Assembly (NCBI GenBank): GCA_000320545.1
Contig: ADNK01001514.1
Span: 4,806 to 68,805 of the forward strand
Direction of reading: 5' to 3'
Source of the DNA: Bigelowiella natans CCMP2755
Taxonomy: Eukaryota > Protista > Cercozoa
DNA length: 64,000 nucleotides
Shown here: positions 37,080 to 62,851 of the stretch, piece by piece
Layout of the letters: each line of letters starts with the position of its first letter
Position numbering within the stretch: the first letter of the stretch is position 1
Made by a program: the position numbers and the translations under genes
Notes under the pieces: generated by a model
Database searches by the model: none
Seen by the model: the letters and a program-made list of their open reading frames with translations, nothing else
Told to the model about the DNA's origin: nothing

Positions 37080-40000
37080 TCATGGCGAGGTAAGATCTAT
37101 GACTGCACTGTCTACACTGTTCTTCTTTCTCCGTTTGCTACTTCTAAGCGGGTAAGTAAAGCTACTGGATTCTTCGTTTTTCCGCGATGTCTTTCTTCTA
37201 GTATTTCTTGGTCTGGGAGGTATATTCTCTTCCTTTGCACCACTACCATCCGCGAAGTATCCAATGAGACTTGGCATGAAACCAGTAATTAGCTGTTCCA
37301 TCAGACTCTCATGTGCTTTGTTGTGACCAAGCTCTTTGTTATGTGCTAGTTCGTGGCACATGGTTACGTACCAGGAGGCGATCGCTTCCTGACTGGACAC
37401 CTTTCCGTAATGAACTTGCTTGTAATATCCCAAATTGAAGAACAAACTCTTGCTCTTGTTAAAGGCGACTGAGTCTGAAAACTTATCGAGGAAGACATTC
37501 ACAGCCTTTTTATTCACACGGCAAATCTGCCCAACAGTCTGGAGAATTTCTAAGAAGTCTGTAAGTGCTGGCATTAAATCTGAATCTTTCTCATCATCGA
37601 GCTCTTGCCCCTCAGCAATATACAATCTTGTCCCACCATACGAGATTCTTTTCAACGGAGCTGATACGACGGGACTCTCTTCGACATACTCTGTGTATTT
37701 CTTACCACTATCGGCCCCTACATAGTCCGAACTACAATTCTTGCATCCTTTCACAACACTCTTCAACTCCTTAGTCATGGTGTGAAATGCGACAAACTTT
37801 TTCCTCGTTCGAATTTGGGGCAATTCCTCCACCGCATCCATCTCAAAATTTTCGTCATCGAGGACTGGGGGGGTAAGATCTTCCTTTATGAATCGCTCAA
37901 CTGGCCATCCTCGAGCTGCGAGTTGTTTCGCATTTTTTGCTAAGACTTGGGCCATCTGGGTGCCGACTATCTCGACGTCTGTACGAGATGATTTCTTTAA
38001 GCAGAGAACCGCGAGTTGTGTTCCCACATCGAAATAGTCCACATCTGAAACTTGGGACAGAAGATAGAGAGTTTTTGGTTGATCAGATCTCTCTTTCGCC
38101 CTCTTTGCATCGTCCAAGGTGCACATGGAAATGTCTGCAGCATCTGACTTCAGCTCTACGTTTTTGCCTTCAAAGGTCAGCTCTCGTACAATTTGTTTGG
38201 CCTCTTTTATTTTGAGCGATCCCAATATTCTCTGAGAATCTCTGACGAGGGAAGGCATATCATCGCCATTCCTCGATCGTACAAGCAAAGGGGCCCTTCT
38301 ACGGATCAACGATTCAAGACTTTGAGCTCGCTCACTACGGCTTTTTACGATCTGCCGCGGCTTTGATATCATTTGCACTGCTGAGGTCAGCCACTTCGCT
38401 CCCAAGTCTTCATACATCCTTTCAAGTGAATTCGATGCACCTACAGGAGCTACCCATGGCTTTAACATGGCCTCGTATACTTTGTTATCGACCAGATAGC
38501 AATCCGATGCGGTTACGAATTTGAGTGTTGTTTTGGCGTTGTCGACCGACTTTCTGCACCCAACGAGGAACCGATGTGCCTGAAGTCGAATACGAGTCTT
38601 CTTATTCACTTGCCTCCATCCTGATTAGATTCGCATATGTCCATTACTTCAATAAGATAGTCGACATGTTCGCAGTAAAGAATACAATTTGTGCGTGATA
38701 ATGATGAGAATACTAGATATACCTTCTGCAATATTTTCGAGAAGCTGGATATAGTCTTTCATAGCGAAGCCCGGACTTCGAGTTTGCATGTTCCAAATCT
38801 CTTGATCAAGTACAGCTTCCACGAGGTCGGAGACCTTCGGATACGAGCCAGCCTTGCAAGCCTTGAGAAAGTCTGCAGCCTTTGCAGGAAGAGAAAGGGT
38901 GAACACCCAGCCTGCCAAGTGTTTCTCTGATCCGCATAGAAACACTTGAGAGGGGGCAACCCTTATCACCTTTCCGTGGGACTCAACCGGGATGAAACGG
39001 GTCTTAGCCAGTTTTCGGTAATGTACAGCCTTAAGATCACCGTCAGCATTCATTCGTTCACCGAGGAATGTCAACGCAGATGCCATATTCTCACACAATA
39101 GTGCTCCCCGCTCGAGACTGTTCATGATATCGTCTGGGCTAGGCGTTGCTTTCAATTTTAGGCGACCAAGAATCTTCAACCGTGTAGCTGTTTGTATAAA
39201 TTCAGGATGTGGGGTATGCAGAAAAGGTTCTGCGTCTTTTAGGGCTATCTGGCCCCAACTGTAAAGTCTCCCATCACTGCCAGGAATAAACGGGTATTCA
39301 AATCCCTCTGGGTTATAATCTTTTGAATACACCTTCTCGAAATTCTCTAAGAAGAAGTCAACAAGAGGATGTTTTCCGGAATCAGGAGTCGGTTTATCTT
39401 GTGTTTCCAATGATGAGAAGAGGTATTTCATTTTTGGGTACTTCGAGACACCTAGTTTTTGCAAGAAGCACTCCTCTTTCTTGGTCGGTATCCATGACAA
39501 TGTGTGCACGTTATTGGAGAACTGATCAACTCCCTTCAACATCTTCGATTCTAAGCTCACAGAATTTGGGGGGAGAAGAATGTCCAGTTCAATACAAGGT
39601 AGGAAGGCAGTCGTCTTCAATTCTTCGATGTCTTTCTTTGAGATGCGTGGAATCGATATCAAGTTCTGCAACACATCTCTAGGCCTGATGTGTTGGCTCA
39701 ACATGTTCTCAACCAGCAACCTTATCTCAGGGCTTTTTTTAACCCCGAGTTTCAACAGGTATTCACTCGAAATTCTTCGTCTGTGTTTTTCCTCGTAATC
39801 GTCATCATAATCATCCTCATTGTCGTCTTCAGAATCAATCATCGATATAGTATTCGATGCATTGACTGATTCAATTTCCATGTTACGGTCCGTGTTGCCT
39901 TTCCCAATCACGGCATCACTATCATCATTGTCTAACAAAATGGAGGATGTCGTCGAACGTGAACGAAAGACCTCAAGGTCAACGCAGGGAAACTCCCCAC

Positions 40001-42158
40001 TTCCATGCAGGTAGGTATCCTTTGGAAAGAGCATGTTGCTGGACCCTTTTACCGGAATACACTTTGATTTTGACAGCTTCCCAAAGATCCCGCTCTTAAC
40101 CTTACTGCGCAATCGGTCTAATTCGTGCATCTTACTTGAAAGGAAAGAGTGAAGGCTCACCACTGTGTCTTTGGTTGCATCTTGGGGTATGCTATTCCAT
40201 GTTTTGGACGCCCCAGCAAACGCAGATGCCCAACTGGAAAACTTAAGGGTTTTTAGCTTCAATTTCTCCAGACGCTTTACAGAAGTTATTGATTCTAATT
40301 TGAAGCTAACAGCGCCGGGTAGCGTATCTGGAGATACTGGAACCCCCTGCATTTCAGGAGGCGCATAGAACTTTATCTTGCTCAACGGGACCGGGGAAAG
40401 GGAATCCGGGTGCTGTATCTTTATTGTCCCATCCAGTTCGTCTTTCTTCTTTTTGGATAGCTTCGGAATGTTGCCTTCAACGTACCAAGCGAGTATTTGT
40501 GTCAGTTTTTCACTCCCTAATGGAGAATGAGAGCGTAGGTGCTGTAGGAGGTGATCAAGTTCCAGACTTGAGACAATACCCCTCCTTCTCAGAGCTCCGA
40601 AAAATCCCGAATATTCTTTCATTACCGAAGTTGGAATGACACGAAAGTTGCAGTCCTCCTTCAACAGCTCTTCAATCTTGTATTGTGGCAAGAATGCGAC
40701 ATCGGAATCAATAAGCAATCCGGAAGATGAGGGAATTTGGAGTGAAAGCCCAGGTTGGAAGAAACCATCCGCAATTAGTTTGGAAACGCAGTCGGTTTTT
40801 GTCTCTTTAAAATTAAATTTTGCTAGAACTCTCAGCTCAAGCTTGTTTCTTCGTATCCACCAATCATAGAAGAGGCGAGAAGTGTAGCCAATGATGTGTG
40901 TGAGCTGCTGATTCCATTTTGATAGGTGGGGAGACTGAAAATCGACATTTGACCTTTCTATTGTTGGGTATAAATGTGCAGAGGCATGGAAACCGCATCC
41001 TGTATTCTCATTGGTACTCAGTCCGACAAATATTTTCCCCTCATCTTTGACATCCAAATTCATGGGGAAAAGAAGTGAAACTCTTGTTTCAGAAGGCAGA
41101 TTCTTTTTAAGTATTTCTCTGCACTTTTCATGAAATTTCTCAAAATTTTCTCCGTCCATACGCTCCAGCGTTGAACTGATCAGCCATTGCTCACGCTCAG
41201 GCAGTCCAGTGGCAGATACACAGCATTTTGCCACACTTACTGATTTAACTTTGAAGAAGTTGGCAAAAGGAAGAGATACCTGCCTTTTTTTAATCAAGGT
41301 CGGATTGCTCACCGACTTCTTCACTTGTAAAATTTCCTTCCCGTCAGCTTCCACCGTAATTTTCCAAAGATTCTTCGTGAAAGAAAGCGCGGTCACCAGA
41401 AATTTCTTGAATATTTCCAATTCGATTTTATCGGCACCCTTTCTCAAAGGGCCGAAAGAGAATATTGTTTTGTTGCGATGATTTTTGGAAGTGTTTGGGT
41501 CTTTCATCCGGTGATAGACAAGCTGACTTCCTTTCCTAAGGAAGGGAAAACAAATGTTAACTAACGGGATATTACCTTAAGAGTATCTATTCTCTGCATA
41601 AGAAAATGTAACTACCATGAGAACAGCATACACGTTCCTCCAGAAGAAACCAAGGGCTCGTCGACCAGGGAAAATACTGAGTAGAACCCCACCCCGAACA
41701 TGCCGACACATTGCTCATTGGGATTTCCTTCAGATATCTTCCTGTTTTTAAAGGGCGGCTCAAACACATTCTATGGAGTATATAAATTAAAGATTCTAAC
41801 GTATCGTGTATGACCTTAATCGATCCCAATCCTGGTTCCGGAATATCTTCCCATCATTCGTCACCTGAATCTCCGACATCTTAATTTCGGACCCGCCGAG
41901 TTTTTGTACATCTTTGAATGAGAACGTAAAAGTCTTTGAATGCGCATCATCTGCGTTTTGAATGAGCTCTCTGAAGGTTGCATAATCTCCAGCATACCTT
42001 GGAAAAGGACACAATGTATTAACTAACATTTTTCGATTTTTCCCTGAAAGAAATGTGGAATAAAACCTCGCAAGCATGGTGTCGATGAGCTTTCTCTGGT
42101 TCACTGTCACATTGGAACTGACTCCTTTGCTTTTTATGTGACTTTTAAGTGAATCCAT
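37080..42158 (-). CDS. Sacsin/DUF3684-like GHKL (HSP90-like) ATPase with C-terminal HExxH zincin-like motif; 5 exons
   Basis: VTVNQRKLIDTMLAR|YAGDYATFRELIQNADDA, NDGKIF..DWDRL|RKISEGNP..VGMFGVGFYSVFS, IFVGLST..TGCGFH..A.LYPTIER; C-terminal WYVTMCHELAHN..GHNKAH. Four short GT-AG introns restore the frame. Confidence 0.85.
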
Positions 42159-43801
42159 GATCTATCCTTTTATCTCACGCAAGCTCTCTCCTTTTTCTTA
42201 AGTGTGATGATTGGGATGTGACCCTTCAACGGCCACCCAAGGTAGGAAGAATCAGATTAGTAAAATCTATTATTCCGAGTTCCGCATAAATATAGATTCC
42301 TTTTTTATGATTTTGGCGTCCATTAAGTATAATATTATAGAATACTATGCAATTTCTTCTCCATAAGTAAAGCCGTGAGTATAATAGGATCTGAAGTTTA
42401 GAATTTTGAGTATTAATATTTACGACATCACTTATTGCATGTCGTTTATATAATATAGCACTCCAAAAAATATTGCACCTTCTGATGCCGATGGGACGTA
42501 ATTTTTGTGGCGACAACCGAATTATTCCGGATTTAATTCAGTTTTGCCTTTTTACAGGGCGAGCCATACACACAAACCCCCGATACTGCTTGATAGTGAC
42601 GGTTGAGCGGGAAACTACATGTATTTTCAGTAGATCTAGATCTACAGTAGATCTAGATCCATCTGCAGGCCTATAGCAACTGTCCCAAAAATTTCCAGCA
42701 GAATTTACCGAGACTTTTCAGCCGTTTGTGCCGACTTGTATCATTGTCTCCCAGAGATATGCCAGAGATGCTTCAACTGAGACGTATCAGCATTTGTGTG
42801 GTTACATTTATGGCTACTATTTGATTTCCAAGTCTATTTTAATGAAAAAAGGTCTTCTCATCCTAAAATAAAAGAAAATTGGCATTGGTCGAATATTTTA
42901 GCGACCATAGGAACTTCTCAGCAAGAGAGTCAAAATGTAGCGCCCTCTTAAGAGGCGGCCGCGCCGCTACCAACTACGACCACGAAGCATTTTCAGTGAA
43001 TCACATTGTTCAATCAATAAGCTACTGGATGTAAATGTCGGTGATTAAGTTGCATTTAAATTTTTTGTATTTTAATTTTTGACAAACGACAAGAGAATAT
43101 TACCTTCAAACAAAAATGTACATTTAGACTAATCAAATGTACAAATAATGAAGATTTCTCACAGATTCTCATTTGATTTGATAACTTTTGACTAAGTTGT
43201 ACTTTATTTAATGTAAAAAATGGCTGAATGTTTACATATTCTCTCAGTAAAAGTCTGAGAATATTGAAGACTATTTCATACATATAACTCTACATAAAAT
43301 TCTACAAAGATATATATCATCCCTTAATTTTTTGGTATATGCTGAATAAAAATTGATTATCTATCCTTTTAAAGCCGTTTTACCAGTCAAAAAGACATTA
43401 TGATATCTGAAAAGAATGGTCGTGCCGTGCTTAAGTCTTGTTATTAATACTCAACGTTTTCAAAAGTGAAATGTCTCCAATATTGCTCTAAATACTAAAA
43501 TATATTTGTATAAAATAATTACGACTTGCAAAAAATACAAATAATAATTATAAAATAGGTTCTATTGGAGGGAATGGGACTTTTTAAATTAGGAATTAAG
43601 TCTGAAATTTCCACTTGGATTCCCACAACCAAGACAACAACTTACCATTTAACCCCCCCTGGTCGATTTTGAGTGTGTGAAAGGCACACACGAAGGAAAA
43701 TTTGGGAAGTGGACGTAGTGTTCAATAAGTAATCTTCTCGAGTTACGCTCCTTTTTAATTTTCGACTGAAAAGCGAAGGGGGTGTGAAACGTGAATTAAG
43801 G

Positions 43802-45040
43802 ATGCAACCTCGAAGTGTTCACATTCCGGTGCCAACTGCTGTACGCAAGCAGCCGGTTTCTGTAAAATCGGACGAGGATATTAAGCATGGTAAAACATGT
43901 CATCACTGGGCATCTCCAGGAAGGACGTGCCTTCGTGGGCCAGCGTGCAAGTTTGTTCACGCATGGATTCATCCTGAAAAGAATGGGGTTTGTCGCAACC
44001 ACCTACTTGGAAGGTGCTTCTACACTGAGAATGCATGTTATTTTCAACATCTTCCTATTCCTATTGAAGAATATGAAGCACTTGCGGAAGGAACGAAGAA
44101 TTACGGAGAACTTGCGACCCGGGTTCGTTCCCGCCTTTGGGAGATGCGAGTGCAACAGCGGAACTCTCAACAGCAGGGTTATGGGGGAAATGGTGCATTC
44201 AATTCTGAAGAGGGAAAAAGGAAAATAGGTCTATGCCGTCCAATTGGTACTGATTCGAAAGCATTTACGGGTAACGCGTTTGGTCAGCAGTCACTGACTG
44301 CTGGGTTATTCTCTAAGCCTACAATTGGAAGGGATTTGCAGAAACAGCCAGCTGCACCTCCAGTTGCTGTTGGACAGGATAACACCAGATTCATGGACCA
44401 AACTTTTAATCCCAGCTGGCAACTATGGGCGAATAAGAATTTTCTTGCACCTCTCGACCTTGAGAAGTCTGAAAAGACTAATTCGAGGCCAAAGCAGCTG
44501 AATAAAACGAATGACTCGAAAACCGCACCAGTATTATCCAGTCCTGCTCCATCCAAGGAGGAGGAAAAAACCTCTGCTACCACAGATCCCTCTGCGTCGA
44601 CACCTCCAGATGCTGAGCCTACGACCGCTTCTTCCGATGGAAGGGAACTATACATAGAATCCGAAACTTCGGATTCAGACTCTTCGGATGAAACACGTAG
44701 CAGTAAGAGTTGTGATGAAGGCCAGAACAGCGGTAACGAGCATGCCAACAGCGATATAAGCCCTGGAGAGTCTGAAAATGCCGAAGATCCTGTGAATGAA
44801 AAGCCCCTTGAACAATGGAGTTGCGATGAGGTTTATAACTTCATCATGACCATTGGTAAATCTAAGAGGTGGAAATCTTATGCTGACCGCCTCAAAGAAG
44901 AAGATGTTGACGGAGCCACACTTAAGATTTATCAAGAGCCTGGTGCGCTTCTTGAAGACTTTGAAGGAATGAAAAAGGGACATGCACGCGTGATCGCAAA
45001 GGCTATTTCCAAGGCAACGAAAGTTGGTCCGAGTGCCTAG
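43802..45040 (+). CDS. Intronless tandem CCCH zinc-finger + C-terminal SAM domain protein
   Basis: Fingers CHHWASPGRTCLRGPACKFVH and CRNHLLGRCFYTENACYFQH. SAM-like WSCDEVYNFI..YADRLKEEDVDGATL..GMKKGHARVIAKAI. Confidence 0.82.
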   Translation: MQPRSVHIPVPTAVRKQPVSVKSDEDIKHGKTCHHWASPGRTCLRGPACKFVHAWIHPEKNGVCRNHLLGRCFYTENACYFQHLPIPIEEYEALAEGTKNYGELATRVRSRLWEMRVQQRNSQQQGYGGNGAFNSEEGKRKIGLCRPIGTDSKAFTGNAFGQQSLTAGLFSKPTIGRDLQKQPAAPPVAVGQDNTRFMDQTFNPSWQLWANKNFLAPLDLEKSEKTNSRPKQLNKTNDSKTAPVLSSPAPSKEEEKTSATTDPSASTPPDAEPTTASSDGRELYIESETSDSDSSDETRSSKSCDEGQNSGNEHANSDISPGESENAEDPVNEKPLEQWSCDEVYNFIMTIGKSKRWKSYADRLKEEDVDGATLKIYQEPGALLEDFEGMKKGHARVIAKAISKATKVGPSA

Positions 45041-45479
45041 AATGTAATCAGTGAAAAAGAAACTTAAAACAAATAGCAGTAACTCTTTTGAACAACGAAA
45101 ACGATTCTAGAGCTTTATAATAACAATTTTAGCTCACAAATGAAAGAGTTAAGAATAAACTAAGAATATATGAGTGGATATGAACTCGGCTTTACATAGA
45201 CGATTGTAACTTCTGAGATTACGAAAAAGAGTATGGAAAATTTATAAGTGCAAAATAATGAATAAGGACTTACTACCGATGAAATAAACTAGCGACCTGT
45301 AATTAGCAAATATGGGTAACCGATCTGATCGATATATTTTGTGGGATCCTTGCGGCGTTTGGTACAATGATATGAAACCCGTCGCAGTGTGGATCGTGGA
45401 TCGTGACTTCAAGAATGAGAATTAAATTATTAAGGCAGTTGCGGTTTTTTTTCTCGTGTATCTTAACGTTTAGTTGTTG

Positions 45480-46640
45480 CAATAACACGCGATGACACTT
45501 TGTCTGAAATCGAACGAAACTTTACACGAAATTGCTGGCGGACACGTATGTTAATGCATTGGCACAGTCACGTACAAAGCATGTCAGAGACAGATGCGCG
45601 CTGCCAGGCATGCACGCGAATCGCTATTGGCACGATACGATCTCGATCGCATCTCTAGAGCTGCCTGCCTCACAGCTAGACATCTCCGTCATACCCGGTA
45701 ACGACGGGGTTATTGTGAACAGTGCAGCGCTTTGCGACGCGCTTTGAAGCAGCAGGCAGTTGCAGTTGGGCAAAGAAAAGTCATCAGAACTTGTATACTT
45801 GTCCGATGGCCAAACCTCAAAAAATGACCGAAATGTTGACCCAAATGCTAGAATGTCCACTTTTAAGGCCTCAGTGAGCGCGCAAAGTGTGAAAATTCAC
45901 ACCCGTTGTGCAGAGGATGCACGCTGCGCGTTTGTTCTCTACCACATTTTGAATGCTTTTGCGCGTGTGTTCAACCAAATGTAATGTGCACGAAAAATTT
46001 CAAAGAAATGCGAGCAAATCCAATGTCCATCACATCACACAACGCGCTTATTGGTCGCGCGCAAAAGCTTCCAAATGCATGTTCTGGCGATTCGTTACAG
46101 GCTAGCAGGTTTGACGGAGCTGTGGCTAGCTGCTGCAGTACAGCTAGCTAGCTAGTTAGCTACTAGAGCGTGCTAGCGTGCTGCGCGCCATGACACCACA
46201 CTGCTGTCTAGCTGTGTCTATCATCGCCAGCTAGCGCTAGAGCGCAGCAGCTATCCGCCGTCGTGCGTGCGCAGTGTGACAGCGTGTGCACAGCTACATG
46301 CTAGCATGCAGCTCTTATTCTGCTAGAGCTAGCTAACGCTCGCATCGCATACATCTAGACATGCGCAATGTATGTATGCACGCGGACGTGCTATACGTGA
46401 CTGTTTTCACGCTCTAGCTAGCTGCTAGCTAGTGACAGCTAACTAGCGCTACAGCGTGTTGCGAAGCTGATGCTAATAAGCTTTTAGATGTTACGGTTAT
46501 GGGCTATGTGCGTTTCTACTTGCATTGCACGTTTGTTGACGCCACGCATCATCATGTACCACAGTGCGCTAGATAGCATGCTGCATGCCACGCCGGCACG
46601 TGCATCGTCGTATCCTAGCATCGAGTGCAAACATTAATTG
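45480..46640. other. Partially TpA-depleted CTAG/GCGC/CATG-rich intergenic island
   Basis: 0-2 TpA per 60-bp line over 45721-46080. Dense gctagctagc, catgctagcatg and gcgctagagcgc at 46100-46600. Confidence 0.7.
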
Positions 46641-46666
46641 ATCTAGATGATTACTTTCACAAATCA

Positions 46667-59902
<13,236 letters not shown>

Positions 59903-60493
59903 GAAACTTCTAATTTCAAGCTTAAAGGAGCCTCACTTCTGAGTGAGGGCCTTTAGCTCGGGCTGGAGATTGGACGGGAGCAGCAGGAGGGGTCAGTACA
60001 AATGGGTCGGGAAGTTTCAACTGACAACTGTGTTGATCGATCTTGCTCCTGAATCACATTTTAGGGTAAAATAGATGCGGAAATGACAGCGCGACAACAG
60101 TAATCGGGAACATCATATCTTTCTAGGAATTTGGGTATCTGGCCCAAAAAAGATACCAGAAACTTCAATGACTGCAATGGGTTTCCCAAAGATAAGATCG
60201 TCTATTCTCTAGATAAAAATATATGCGGATAATATCGTCCAGATTGTCATTTGACGATACCAATACAAACAACAGCAACCGCGGTTGGCCGCTCCCCCGT
60301 TACAGCATCTCCAATCTTCGTATCCTCTTCGCTGCACGCTAGGACAGCCATCGCACAACCTGGGGGTGACCATAGCGCGCCAACAGCTTCGCAATATATG
60401 CCCTACGGTTCTATCTCCTCGCCTCACTAAATTTAAAGAACCAAATAAATACGCAACGCGTCGGAACTTAAACAGGGCGAGTTGCACTGGAAA

Positions 60494-62676
60494 ATGCGTA
60501 GGAGTTTCAAAGCGGAACCGTATTTTCGGAAGCAGCGTGCATTACTAGCAGTAGTTCTTCTTGTTTGTAGTGCTTCATACCTGCTACGGCTGTGGTCTCC
60601 TAAGGTTTGTTGCCCATCATCTTGTCACCGCCATGTTTTCGCATGGTCGGAATACCAACCAACCGTGTAGCAGTGTGAATGAAGGGTGTACTCCGTTTCG
60701 CCAGGTCCATGAGAATTTTTGTCAAAGTGGGAGAGGCTGTTCTGGTCTGCGGATGAGTCAGAATATCAGGTATATTTCTCAAATATTTCGCTGCTGATTC
60801 TGGACTTAGTGTTTCCTCCATGGCATAATTATGCAAACACAGATCTTGCCGCCCTCACGGCTGCGGTGAGGAAGTATCTCGGAGCACACTAAGAGCCTGC
60901 TCATTGAAAGCAGCTATGATGTTACTCCTGAGGGGAGGTGAAATTCCTCTACCACCGCCTTCCATCGAGCCGTCTGAAGCCACTCAACTTCAGCATCAAA
61001 ATGTCAGTTTTTGTTTCTCCCAACATCCCCTCCACCCGCCTTGTTATGAAATATGAGTAATTTATTGTTATTGTTGCTTGTGTTGTTGCTGTTGTTGCTG
61101 TTGCTTTCAGCATCAACCGCTTGTAAGGCTGACACCAAGTGGGGTGTACACTCTCTACAAAGGGGATACGACAGCAAAACCTGTGGTGCAAATCGTAGAG
61201 ATGAAGAAGACAAGTGGGCCTCCTGCAGGATCAACTGCATCTGATCGATACTTCCTCACGCTATCGGATGGAGCTCATACCCTTAAAGTCGTGTCATTCT
61301 TATTTTCGGATGTGTGAGCGTGGGGGGGGGGGGGGAGATTGGGGTGGGAAACTGTCATTCAAATTACCGACAATTCCTCGCTTGACAAGAAAACGATTGC
61401 GTCATCAACATGTTCATATCATCGTCAGTCTTCCTACTGCTACTATTTTGACAACTAAGTTCGGATGTCGCAGGCTATGCTTGCCACCGATTTGAACCCC
61501 CTAGTGGAGGAACGTGGATTGTGCGAGCTATGCGCTGTACGACTGGTTGAGTATATCAGGTAGGCTGCTTGTAAATCAACGACACGTAGCGATACATAAT
61601 GGTGTGTCGTTTTATTCACGTTACTCTTCCCTCATCGACTCGAATTACCATCATTAGCAACAGTGTTGATAAGCGACGAATTATCATCATCAACGAAATG
61701 GAGCTCCTCGCCTCTCCGGAAGAGATGGGCGGCTCGAAGATCGGCAATCCCTTTTCTGTGGAACGTGAAGACAGCAACACAGCGACGGCTGGATCAGGTC
61801 GTCAGGGCATCTGTACTTTCACATATGCTACTTCTCTTGACATTTATCTCCTTGCGTTCTAGTGCAAGGTACCCCTGATATCAACTCGCCGGCGGCTACA
61901 TCACCTCCTCCAGCTCAAACGCCTGCAATTCAGGGGCAAGATGTAGGCGATGATGACGCTGTGGCCATTCCGATCAATAGGTATATTACGTATGCGAACT
62001 TAGGCCTAACTTTGATGATGGCGACGATACCCGCATGCATCTGATGGTGATGATGACGGCACTCGCATGCACGTGTACCAAGCTCACTAGTGTCTCATTT
62101 GCTCATTTCTTGCGGTTGCTTGATGCGATTATCCGAAGGCTGAGCCCCTACGTGGCCAAGTGGAAAATCACCGCGAAAGTCACTTCCCGCGGCGGCGTAA
62201 AGCATTGGAACAAGCCAACAGGCAGGACTCATATAGATGATCCGATGCGAACGATGATGTTGTCGTGTGATGTGAAATGAAGGCCGTTTCCACTGCTCGA
62301 TGTGAGCTTGATTATTGTTCTGTCTTCGTCTGTCTAAAAAAGGGAGCGGAAAGCTGTTCAGCGCGAACGTGATCGATGCGGAGGGGGGGGAGATTCGCTG
62401 TACATTCTTTAATGAGGCCGTCGATAAGTTTTACGACACGATGAAAGAGGGGTCCGTTGTTGAGCTGGTACTATTATTATTACTAGTAGTAGTAGTAGTA
62501 GTAGTAGTAGTAAGAGTAGTAGTAGTTTTACATAATAGACAACGGGCCAACGGCACATAATCAGAGTTATAAAAGCAGTTAGTAATAGTAGTAGTTGTAG
62601 TAGTAGCAATAGTACATAGTAGTACATAGGATCTTAGTAGCTGATGACCCTCCTCCTCCTCCTCCTCCTCCTCCTC

Positions 62677-62711
<35 letters not shown>

Positions 62712-62819
62712 ACAGGGGAAAGGCCGACTTAAGACAGCAAATAAGGCGTATTCTTCCCTAAAGAATGATTATGAAATCAACTTCGGCGGAGAGGCCCATG
62801 TTTCGCCGGTATTAGTAGC

Positions 62820-62851
<32 letters not shown>

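Noticed and set aside
42628-42666. Palindromic tagatctagatcta duplication (also a small hairpin at ~5620-5640)
   Set aside because: Too short, with no flanking element structure; compatible with local slippage.
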